The notes under the pieces are model-generated. The model searched no databases. It saw only the letters and a list, made by a program, of their open reading frames with translations, and was not told the origin of the DNA. From Breznakia blatticola (GTDB lineage: Bacteria > Bacillota_I > Bacilli_A > Erysipelotrichales > Erysipelotrichaceae), in the NCBI RefSeq assembly GCF_004365815.1, contig NZ_SODD01000014.1:13737-45736 (forward strand): 32,000 nucleotides of DNA, written 5' to 3'. Numbering within the stretch: the stretch's first letter is position 1; each line of letters begins with the position of its first letter. A program made the position numbers and the translations under genes. Of this stretch, positions 24,214 to 32,000 are shown in pieces.

Positions 24214-27200
24214 TTATTTTTTAGAACGTTTTATTTTACTCCATCCAAATCCACCTAGAGCAAGTACTGCTACTAGTCCAAGCAACAAATACACGTTTAC
24301 ATCAGTAGTATCTCCTGAATTCACTGTGTTGCTAGTTGCAACATTAGGTTTACTGTCTTCTGGTAGTTTCTCATATTGTGCAATAAATGTTACATCTTCT
24401 GTGATCAACATTTGTTTAACTTTCTCACTACTGTATACATCTTCAGTTCCTTTAAGCAACCAACCTACAAACTTGTATCTTTCGTTTGGCTTTACAACTG
24501 GAACATATGAGACAGATGTGTTGAATAACACACGCTCATCAATTGTTACCGCTTCCTTATTATCATCGCCAACCAAAATACCACTGTCACCTTTTTCAAA
24601 TACAACCTGGTAATCATCACGCTCGCACTTCCATGCACCAGCAAAAATATAGTTACTGTTTTCAAGCGTTGTACTAGTTGTACTCCACCCTTGGAATATC
24701 CAACGGTCTTCTCCGATTACAATCGGATCACTACTAAATTCTGTAGCGTGTACTGTTGTTCCTGTTCTAAATGCACCTAATGCTTCTGGCGCCATATTCT
24801 TAATACTTTCAGGAAGTTCTTTTCCTTTTGTAACACTTACAAATTCATGATATGCATAGTATCTATTTAATTTCGGATGATTTTTTGCAGCTATTTTATC
24901 TCCAACAACACTAGCAGTTACTGGAAGATTACCCGTTGCATCTTCTTTTCCATCCCTTAGTTTTAGTTGTACTGTAACTGAATTTACTGTACCACTTTTA
25001 GCTTCAACGATATCCCAAATCAGTTTATTTCCTTCAATTCTTGCTGAACTATTTTCAGTAAGAACATCTATATCAGCATCTGTACCACTCAAGAAGTCAA
25101 AGTATTTTGATAAATCCACTTCTACTTGAGATGTAATCGGAAGTTCATCTTCATTAATATACTGAATCGCTTCTGATAGAAGTTCTGTAAATTCGTTGTC
25201 ATCTTTTGCAAGATAGAATGTTTCGTTATCAAATGAAATATCTTTCAAGTTCTTTTCGTATTCTGCTTCAATTGAAGCAATACCAAGAGGATATACCCTG
25301 ACACCTGCATCACGTAAAATTGCAGCTTCAGCCACACCATCACATTCTTCTTTTGGAAGTTTTGTTCCATCTTCTAACTTAACATTTGGAATTCCATCAG
25401 TTATGAAAATAATAACTGCTTCTCTACTTGTATCTTCTCTATTATCAATCAATTCTTTTGCCGCAAGCAAACCTTCCGAGTAATTTGTATAATTACTTTC
25501 AATCAACGTTCTTTTTTCTGCTCTTAACGCATCTCCATCTTCAAGGAATCCATCTGTACTCCATAATGAATCTGTTCCAAAAGCTGTTAAAGCGATTCTA
25601 TTGTCGTATCCTTCACCATTTTTTTCCAAAATCATATCATATGCATCAGATAAAATATCTTCCATAATTAATGATCTAGGATACTTATCATCTGTACCCG
25701 AAATGTTTTTTGGAACTAGCATAGAATCACTATAATCGAGCACGAATACATAATCTAGTCTCGTATTTAATTTAGAACGTGCAAAATCCACACGAAGTTC
25801 TGCTTCATTTAAAGCATCATTTGTCCACTTCGCAGAAGACTGCAGCATTACATCTCCACTATAGTTTTGCGCAGTACTTTCATATCCACTAACCTCAGGA
25901 TATCCAACCGGAGGTGTATTAACATCTGGAAGGCTTCCTGTTAATGTCATTAATTTTTTATGAATAACATTAGATATACCCAAACATCCCTCATACGCAC
26001 GTCCATGGAAAGTTTTTATTGTTTCTGGAATAACTAGTTCTCCAGTGAAATCACAAAATGCAAAAATATATATTCCTGAAATATGTTCAACATTTTCACC
26101 GAAGGACAAAGTTCCAGTAAACCCGCTTTCATAAAAGATGGATCTTTCTGTCAAGTCACAATCTACAAATAAGTTTCGTGGTTTAACTGTCGCATTTTTA
26201 CCAAACTGATGAAACGCTGCTTCTCCGACATACTCTATACTAGAAGGTAATGCCAAATCCCCAGTAAACTTTGTCATTGCAAATGCATAATGCCCAATTG
26301 TTTTTACTGCATTTCCAAGCGTTAATGTTCCTGTAAATCCACTTTCTCGAAACGCGGCAATTTCATCAAGATTACAGTTTACTGTTAAATTGTTTAGACT
26401 TCCAACTGTTCCAAATTTTTCAAATGCAAACTCTCCAACATATGTCAAAGTCTCAGGTAAAACTAAGTCTCCACTAAATGACGTTGCCCCTCTGAACGAT
26501 TGCTTTGCAAGAGTCTTTACAGAGTTACCAATTGTTAGTGTTCCTGTAAATCCACTTTCTTGAAACACGGCAGTTTCATCAAGATTACAGTTTACTGTTA
26601 AATTGTTTGGTCTTCCAACTGTTCCAAATTGATAGAACGCCCATGATTTTACTAAACTAAGAGTTGAAGGAAGCACTAAATCTCCTGTAAACCCTGTTGC
26701 CTGATAGAAACTTTGCGTTTCAATAGTTTTTACACTTTCACCAATCGTTAACGCACCTGTAAATCCACTACGATAAAAAACAGCTGGTTTAGACAAATCA
26801 CAATTTACTGTTAAGTTTCCTGGTTTTCCATTAACTCCAAACTCTCTAAACGCGTACGTTCCAACACCTTTAACTGTGGAAGGTAGTACTAAATCTCCTG
26901 TAGCGTTTTTCACTTGGCGAAAAGCCTCTGTTCCAATATACGCTACGTTTGGCCCAAAGGTCACTTTTCCATTGATATTTGCACTTTGAAAGACATTTGA
27001 CTTTGGAAGTGAACAATTTATATCAACATTTTGCACCTTCCCATAATACCCAAAATAATAAAATGCGTACTTATTGACTAAAGTTACTGTACTAGGAAGA
27101 ACAAAATCTCCTGTAAACCCTGTATAGCTAAAACTATACTCACCAATATCCTTTACCTCAGGACCAATAGTTAATGAACCTGTAAAAACGCTGCCATAAA

Positions 27201-27999
27201 ATGCTTGCTCAGATATCGTTTCACTATTTACTGTCACGTTCCCATTAATCGGCTTTTTATAACTACCAAAACAATAAAATGCATAGTCTCCAACTTTCTT
27301 CACTGTACTAGGAATTACGATGTCTCCTGTAAATCCATTTACAAGAGTAAATGCATAGTCTTCAATTTCAGTAATTGTTGAAGGAAATACAAGGCTTCCA
27401 GTAAAAGTCCTTCCAGTATCTTTATAGAAGGCCATCGCACCAATTTTAGTTACTGTATATTCTTCACCATCTGTTGTTGCTAAAACTTTTGATGGAATCA
27501 CCAAATCTCCAGCATATGCAGCATCTTTTGTTCCCGTTACTGTTGCTGTCTTAGTACCATCTGTTGAAAATGTATATGTTAATACACTATCAGCTTCTGC
27601 TACAACCCCAGTTCTTGGTTGAACTTTTCTAGCCACATCACCCGTGTTGACTTGTTTAACTTTTGCACCTTCTTTTGATTCTTCTACATTGTTTTCACTT
27701 TGTGATGAATCTTGTGCATCCGTCTTTTCTTCATATTCTTTTATCTCATCTTCTAGTGCTGGAATTTCTATTGGTTCATCAACTATTTCTTCCTCCACTA
27801 TAACAATCTCTTCTGCTGTTTCCGATTCACCAAGAGTACTTCCATTTTCTGGAGTACCTTCTTCTTGTGGATTCTCTTCAACCACTTCCTCATTCGCTTT
27901 ACCCATTACTGAATAGTTACTTACTTGCCCTATTACCACAAACATAATAATTGCTACCGTAAATAGCTTGCGAATAAAACTACTTTGCGTTCGTTTCAT
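24214..27999 (-). CDS. Giant surface adhesin: signal peptide, acidic linker, BspA-type LRR array, vWFA domain, Ig-like region, one Listeria-Bacteroides repeat, C-terminal sorting-like anchor (1261 aa)
   Basis: N-terminal KLFTVAIIMFVVIGQV signal or anchor. Glu-rich region aa 36-115. About seven 70-aa LRR units. MIDAS DYSDS. C-terminus NTVNSGDTTDVNVY, then a TM, then KIKRSKK. AAAGGAAAG RBS. Confidence 0.85.
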   Translation of the reverse strand: MKRTQSSFIRKLFTVAIIMFVVIGQVSNYSVMGKANEEVVEENPQEEGTPENGSTLGESETAEEIVIVEEEIVDEPIEIPALEDEIKEYEEKTDAQDSSQSENNVEESKEGAKVKQVNTGDVARKVQPRTGVVAEADSVLTYTFSTDGTKTATVTGTKDAAYAGDLVIPSKVLATTDGEEYTVTKIGAMAFYKDTGRTFTGSLVFPSTITEIEDYAFTLVNGFTGDIVIPSTVKKVGDYAFYCFGSYKKPINGNVTVNSETISEQAFYGSVFTGSLTIGPEVKDIGEYSFSYTGFTGDFVLPSTVTLVNKYAFYYFGYYGKVQNVDINCSLPKSNVFQSANINGKVTFGPNVAYIGTEAFRQVKNATGDLVLPSTVKGVGTYAFREFGVNGKPGNLTVNCDLSKPAVFYRSGFTGALTIGESVKTIETQSFYQATGFTGDLVLPSTLSLVKSWAFYQFGTVGRPNNLTVNCNLDETAVFQESGFTGTLTIGNSVKTLAKQSFRGATSFSGDLVLPETLTYVGEFAFEKFGTVGSLNNLTVNCNLDEIAAFRESGFTGTLTLGNAVKTIGHYAFAMTKFTGDLALPSSIEYVGEAAFHQFGKNATVKPRNLFVDCDLTERSIFYESGFTGTLSFGENVEHISGIYIFAFCDFTGELVIPETIKTFHGRAYEGCLGISNVIHKKLMTLTGSLPDVNTPPVGYPEVSGYESTAQNYSGDVMLQSSAKWTNDALNEAELRVDFARSKLNTRLDYVFVLDYSDSMLVPKNISGTDDKYPRSLIMEDILSDAYDMILEKNGEGYDNRIALTAFGTDSLWSTDGFLEDGDALRAEKRTLIESNYTNYSEGLLAAKELIDNREDTSREAVIIFITDGIPNVKLEDGTKLPKEECDGVAEAAILRDAGVRVYPLGIASIEAEYEKNLKDISFDNETFYLAKDDNEFTELLSEAIQYINEDELPITSQVEVDLSKYFDFLSGTDADIDVLTENSSARIEGNKLIWDIVEAKSGTVNSVTVQLKLRDGKEDATGNLPVTASVVGDKIAAKNHPKLNRYYAYHEFVSVTKGKELPESIKNMAPEALGAFRTGTTVHATEFSSDPIVIGEDRWIFQGWSTTSTTLENSNYIFAGAWKCERDDYQVVFEKGDSGILVGDDNKEAVTIDERVLFNTSVSYVPVVKPNERYKFVGWLLKGTEDVYSSEKVKQMLITEDVTFIAQYEKLPEDSKPNVATSNTVNSGDTTDVNVYLLLGLVAVLALGGFGWSKIKRSKK
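24217..24324 (-). other. C-terminal sorting-like signal of the 1261-aa protein
   Basis: VNSGDTTDVNVY-LLLGLVAVLALGGFGW-SKIKRSKK. Confidence 0.5.
25255..25758 (-). other. von Willebrand factor A domain with intact MIDAS, inside the 1261-aa protein
   Basis: YVFVLDYSDSM contains DxSxS (GAT TAT AGT GAT TCT = rc of 25723-25737). Downstream are RIALTAFGTDS and AVIIFITDGIPN, in the usual vWFA order. Confidence 0.7.
25960..27522 (-). repeat. Array of about seven 70-aa BspA-type LRR units (coding repeat)
   Basis: Recurring FTGDLVLPSTxxxVxxxAFxxFG...NLTVNCxLxxxxVFxxSGFTGxLTIGxSVKTIxxxxF between aa 160 and 680. Confidence 0.75.
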
Positions 28000-28277
28000 T
28001 TCTTCTTTCCTTTCCTAGATAATACATCGAACTATCATCTACATACACACACTTTTCGATATGCGTTCTACTTGCCAACAATAGAATTTTTTACACATAC
28101 AGTAAACAAATTCTCTCATTTGCAACCCCACTATATAAATCATAAATATCCTCGCCAATGCACTCAATTGTATTTCAGTGAGAATAATGATGATTTGTTG
28201 CGTAATGTTCGGATTATCAACTCTTGCTGACACGCACTTCACAAAAACTTTATAATCTCCATATTTGTATTACAAAT

Positions 28278-28310
28278 CCAATAAAAGGTTGACACTAGTG
28301 CCAACCTTTT
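28278..28310 (-). terminator. Rho-independent terminator after the 1151-aa adhesin gene
   Basis: Minus strand AAAAGGTTG-gcactagtgt-CAACCTTTT, a perfect 9 bp stem (28283-28310), followed by ATTGGATTTG. Confidence 0.65.
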
Positions 28311-28370
28311 GGGTATTGGTGAATATCACCATTCATCATACATAGTTAGTATAGGATCTATGTTAAATGA

Positions 28371-31300
28371 CTATTTGTTTGTACGTCTTCTTCTTGTGAA
28401 GATTGCAATACCAGCAAGAGAGATTAATAGTAATGCCATCATTTCATTAATTGTTGATGATAAATTAACTCCTGTTGCAGGATCACCTGATGTATCTTTG
28501 TCTTTATCTTTACCTGGTGTTGATGGATTTGCTTTTACTTCTTCTTTGATTGTTACTTTCACTTGTCCAACAACAACTTCAAGATCTTCTTCACTAACAA
28601 GCATTCTTGCTGCTTTAGCAGAAGTAGGACTTGTTAATACTAAGTCAAGAATTACATCTTCTCCAGCTTTTGCATTTTTTAAAGCATCCATGTTTTTGAT
28701 GTATACAGGTAAATCTGTAATTCCATCTAAATAATCATCTTTCCAAGCTTTCGCTCCTGCTTTATTAATAATAAATGCTTCAACTGTTCCATCTTCAATG
28801 TGTGAAGTTAATTCACTCATTTCTAATGTAATGTCATTTCCTTCAATATAGTAAAGTGCTTTTCTCACGATATTCACTTGTACTGTTTTAGTTGTAACAT
28901 TATCAACTGAATCAGTTACTGTAATTGTTACAAGGAATGGTTTAATTTCTTTTAAATCTTCAGGGTTGAAGTCAACTTTAGCAAAGTCAGAAGTAACAGT
29001 TGGTGCTAATAATGAATTATCACTTACTACTAATCCGATTTGTTCGAAGAATTCTGCTTCAGTTACTTCGCTTTCTGCACGATATGAAATAGTTACTAAG
29101 TCACTATCAACAACTGGTGCAGTTGTATCAATTACATTTACTGTAATATCAATTGATGTTGTATTTCCTGTTGGATCAGTTACATATAATGTAATTACCG
29201 TTCCATCTTTGATTACACTTGTATCTAAGTCAGCAAAGTTTGTAGCTTTTACGTTTACATCTGCTAAGACATCATTATCTTCAGCTTTTGTAACATTTAC
29301 TGCTTTTAAGAAATCTTCATAAGTTACTTCTGTATTCACTTCAAATTCAACAGTTTCATTTTCAACTTCAAACGTTGGATCTGTTGTATCTGTTACTGTT
29401 ACAGTAACTGAAAGTGATGTAGAGTTTCCTGTTTTGTCAGTTACAGTTAATGTAATCACTGTTCCTGTTTCATCCACTACATCTAAATCAATATCTTTGA
29501 AATCAACTGATGTGATTTCTAGGTCATCAGTAGATGCTGGGTCATTATCTGACTTTGTGATTGTTCCAAGTTGGTCAAGTACATCTTGAAGTGTTGAATC
29601 ACTTGATAATTCTAATCTTGCTTCATCATTTTCAATTGTAAATTCTGGATCAGTTGTATCAACAACTTTTACAGTTACCTCTACAGTTGCTGTTAGTCCA
29701 GCTTTATCTTCAACATATAATGTTACTTTTGTACCATCTTCATTAACTACACCTTGTTTTAAATCTTTAAAGTCAGCAGATTTAACTTCAAGTGGTTTAG
29801 AACCTTCATCATTATCATTAGATACTGCATTTAATGCTGTAGTTAAATCAGCAAGAGTAATTGTATCTCCTACTTCTAATACATATTCTTTAGTATCTAC
29901 TGTTAATGTAGGTACAGTTGTATCTTCAACTTTCACTTTAATTGTTACTGATTTTTTGTTACCTGTTGGGTCTGTTACAGTTAACGTAACATCTTTTCCT
30001 ACTTTATCAACACGAGTTTGATCAACTTTAGCAAAATCAGAGTAATCAATTGTTTTCACCATCGCTGGATCATTATCTTCGATTGTAATTTTTCCAAGTA
30101 GTGATTCTAATTCAGCAGCTGTAGTTACAACACCCGCTTCAATTGTAATATCTTTTTTCTCAACATCGAATGTTGGTTTTGTAGTATCAGATACCGTTAA
30201 TTCAACTGGAAGTGATGTAAAGTTTCCAGATTTATCAGTCACAGTTACATAAATAGTTGTAACACTTGGTTCATCTAAATTAATACTTCCAAATTCAGCA
30301 GATGTAATATCCATGCTATTTGTAGATGCTAGATCATTATCTGATTTTGTAATTGTTCCAAGTTGATCAATTACATCTTGAAGTGTTGAGTTCTTTCCTA
30401 ATTCCAATCTTGCTTTATTTTTCTCGATTGTGAATTTTGGATCAGTTGTATCAACAACTTTCACAACTACATCAGTAGTTGCTTTGTAACCTGAATTGTC
30501 AGCTACATAAAGAATAACAGTTGTACCGTTTTTGTTAACTTCATCTTGTTTTAGTTTTGTAAAGTTGTCTGATTTAATTTCTAGTGTAGATCCTTTATCA
30601 TTGTCACTTGCTGTAACACCAGATGCACTAATTAAATCAGCTAAACCAATAGTTTTTCCAACTTCCAATACGTAGTCATCTTTAGTTTTAGATAATGTAG
30701 GTGCTTGTGTATCTCCTACCTTAACTTTTACAGTTACGCTAGATGGATTGTTTGAAGCATCTTTTACAGTTAAGATAATATCTTTTCCTGTTTTATCTAC
30801 TTTTGTTTGATCTAGACTTGCAAATGCAGTTGACTCAATTTGTCCAGCATATGCTTTATCGTTATCTGTGTTTGTAATAGTACCTAAGTATTTAGTAACA
30901 AACGCATCTAAATCAATGTTTTCACTAGCTTCAATTGTTACTGTTTTGTTTTCTACATCAAATGTAGGAGCAGTTGTATCTTCAACTTTCACAAGTACTT
31001 CTTGTTTAGTTTCTAATCCTGCTGCATCTGTAACAAAGAATACTACTTTTTTACCTACTGTATCAACTTCATCTTGTTTAATATCACCAAAGTTTTTCGC
31101 TTGAATTGTCATAGGTAATGAGTTTGGATTATTGTCATCAATCACAACATCACTTAACAACGCTGCAACATCCGCAACTGTATACTTATCAGCTGCTCCT
31201 AATTCAAGGATTAACTCTTTTGTTGATGTTGTAAATGTAGGGACTGTTTTATCTTCAACAGTAAATGCAATTTGTTTCTCTACACTATTACCATCACTAT

Positions 31301-31826
31301 CTGTAACTTTATATTTCAATGTGAATGATCCAGTATCATTTAATTTGTTATTTTTATCAACCAATGCATCAGTTAAGTTTGTAATTACTACATCGCTTGT
31401 AGCTAATGCAGTATCTTCAACATCTGTAGCACTTGTAATGTATGAACGTGGATCAAATGCATCTCCTACTTCAAGAGTAGCTGTTGCTGTAGATAATGTT
31501 AATTCTGGCAATTTGTTTGAGTTAACTGTAATATCTACTTCTTTAGTTATTGTATTACCAAACATATCTGTAGCAGTTACAACAATTTTTGTAGTACCTG
31601 CTTTTACACCCGTTACTTCACCAGTTGAACTTACTGTCGCAATTGTTGGATCTTGAGAAGCATAAGTAATTGAATTTACCTCTGCTTTTACTTTACTAAA
31701 TGTATCTTCACTAACTACAACAGTTGTGATATTTGTTTTCGTTCCAGAACCCAGTGTATTTGCTTCTTTTACAGTAGCAGGAGTTGCAATAGCAACAACC
31801 GTCAATGATGATGGGTTGTAATCCAT
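28371..31826 (-). CDS. Giant surface protein: Big_2 domain, ten Ig-like (DUF5011/HYR-like) repeats, C-terminal sorting-like anchor. The 5' end is unresolved (at least 1151 aa)
   Basis: ASQDPTIATVSSTGEVTGVKAGTTKIVVTA matches Big_2. About 90-aa units are bounded by D-T-T-x-P-T/K/E-F/L linkers, with internal DND and VTDxxGN motifs. C-terminus DTSGDPATGVNLSS, then a TM, then RRRRTNK. No signal peptide at the first ATG, and the frame stays open upstream to 31967. Confidence 0.8.
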   Translation of the reverse strand: MDYNPSSLTVVAIATPATVKEANTLGSGTKTNITTVVVSEDTFSKVKAEVNSITYASQDPTIATVSSTGEVTGVKAGTTKIVVTATDMFGNTITKEVDITVNSNKLPELTLSTATATLEVGDAFDPRSYITSATDVEDTALATSDVVITNLTDALVDKNNKLNDTGSFTLKYKVTDSDGNSVEKQIAFTVEDKTVPTFTTSTKELILELGAADKYTVADVAALLSDVVIDDNNPNSLPMTIQAKNFGDIKQDEVDTVGKKVVFFVTDAAGLETKQEVLVKVEDTTAPTFDVENKTVTIEASENIDLDAFVTKYLGTITNTDNDKAYAGQIESTAFASLDQTKVDKTGKDIILTVKDASNNPSSVTVKVKVGDTQAPTLSKTKDDYVLEVGKTIGLADLISASGVTASDNDKGSTLEIKSDNFTKLKQDEVNKNGTTVILYVADNSGYKATTDVVVKVVDTTDPKFTIEKNKARLELGKNSTLQDVIDQLGTITKSDNDLASTNSMDITSAEFGSINLDEPSVTTIYVTVTDKSGNFTSLPVELTVSDTTKPTFDVEKKDITIEAGVVTTAAELESLLGKITIEDNDPAMVKTIDYSDFAKVDQTRVDKVGKDVTLTVTDPTGNKKSVTIKVKVEDTTVPTLTVDTKEYVLEVGDTITLADLTTALNAVSNDNDEGSKPLEVKSADFKDLKQGVVNEDGTKVTLYVEDKAGLTATVEVTVKVVDTTDPEFTIENDEARLELSSDSTLQDVLDQLGTITKSDNDPASTDDLEITSVDFKDIDLDVVDETGTVITLTVTDKTGNSTSLSVTVTVTDTTDPTFEVENETVEFEVNTEVTYEDFLKAVNVTKAEDNDVLADVNVKATNFADLDTSVIKDGTVITLYVTDPTGNTTSIDITVNVIDTTAPVVDSDLVTISYRAESEVTEAEFFEQIGLVVSDNSLLAPTVTSDFAKVDFNPEDLKEIKPFLVTITVTDSVDNVTTKTVQVNIVRKALYYIEGNDITLEMSELTSHIEDGTVEAFIINKAGAKAWKDDYLDGITDLPVYIKNMDALKNAKAGEDVILDLVLTSPTSAKAARMLVSEEDLEVVVGQVKVTIKEEVKANPSTPGKDKDKDTSGDPATGVNLSSTINEMMALLLISLAGIAIFTRRRRTNK
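28374..28493 (-). other. C-terminal sorting-like signal of the 1151-aa protein
   Basis: TSGDPATGVNLSSTINEMM-ALLLISLAGIAIF-TRRRRTNK. Confidence 0.5.
29391..30980 (-). repeat. Two copies of a three-domain (about 265 aa, about 795 bp) super-repeat within the Ig-like array
   Basis: Copy 1 (aa 283-547, nt 30186-30980): DTTAPTFDVENKTVTIEA / QAPTLSKTKDDYVLEVG / TDPKFTIEKNKARLELG. Copy 2 (aa 548-812, nt 29391-30185): TKPTFDVEKKDITIEAG / TVPTLTVDTKEYVLEVG / TDPEFTIENDEARLELS. The two are colinear throughout. Confidence 0.75.
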
Positions 31827-32000
31827 TACACCAACACTTAATTTCTTAGATTCTTCTTTTGTAGGATCAACATTAAGAATTAATCCTGTATTTGCTCCTG
31901 TATTATGTAGAATGGCATTCTTAATGCAACTGTCATAGTCATCATATTTGTTAGTGTTTTTGTTATATTATTATGAATTCTCATCTTGATTGTTACGAAT

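Noticed and set aside
28039-28242. 67-aa minus-strand ORF (and 81-aa plus-strand ORF 27985-28230) in the intergenic region upstream of the 1261-aa gene.
   Set aside because: No RBS. Cys/Ile-rich implausible sequence. The ORF spans what should be the promoter/leader of the adhesin gene.
15245-32000. I looked in the island for a sortase, a TapA homolog, SinR/SinI-type regulators, or integrase/transposase genes.
   Set aside because: None of the ORFs of 60 aa or more, and none of the smaller ORFs I translated by eye, has the corresponding motifs (for example the sortase TLxTC active site). Their absence from this window is an observation, not proof that the genome lacks them.

Overview
Visibly AT-rich, Bacillota-type chromosomal segment; every gene I can support is on the minus strand. 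Positions 1-14.2 kb are housekeeping synteny blocks: an AlbA_2/HATPase_c_4 protein (runs off the left edge), MBL-fold hydrolase, dnaB, rplI, gdpP, yybS, then a lipoprotein, a DUF975-like membrane protein, a DivIC-like protein, S4-domain RqcP/YabO, mfd, pth, a small unknown protein and a CatA-like acetyltransferase. From about 15.2 kb to the right edge the content changes to an accessory cell-surface island. It holds two archaeal/ER-type signal peptidase I (SipW-like) genes, each followed by a large TasA/camelysin-like secreted protein with a SipW-type signal peptide. Between the two pairs sits a third, diverged paralog with a C-terminal anchor instead of the conserved N-terminal strand. Upstream are three giant adhesin genes: 1362 aa (BspA-type LRR plus Listeria-Bacteroides repeats), 1261 aa (LRR plus vWFA plus the same repeat) and at least 1151 aa (Big_2 plus ten Ig-like repeats). 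All four anchored proteins share an unusual [T/S]-G-D sorting-like C-terminus, and no sortase is present in the window. I recognised no rRNA, tRNA, CRISPR array, transposase, integrase or phage gene. The strongest candidate for an undescribed system is the duplicated SipW/TasA-like fibre module with its own anchor subunit and adhesin cargo. All functional calls rest on motifs read by eye in the translations; no database search was run.
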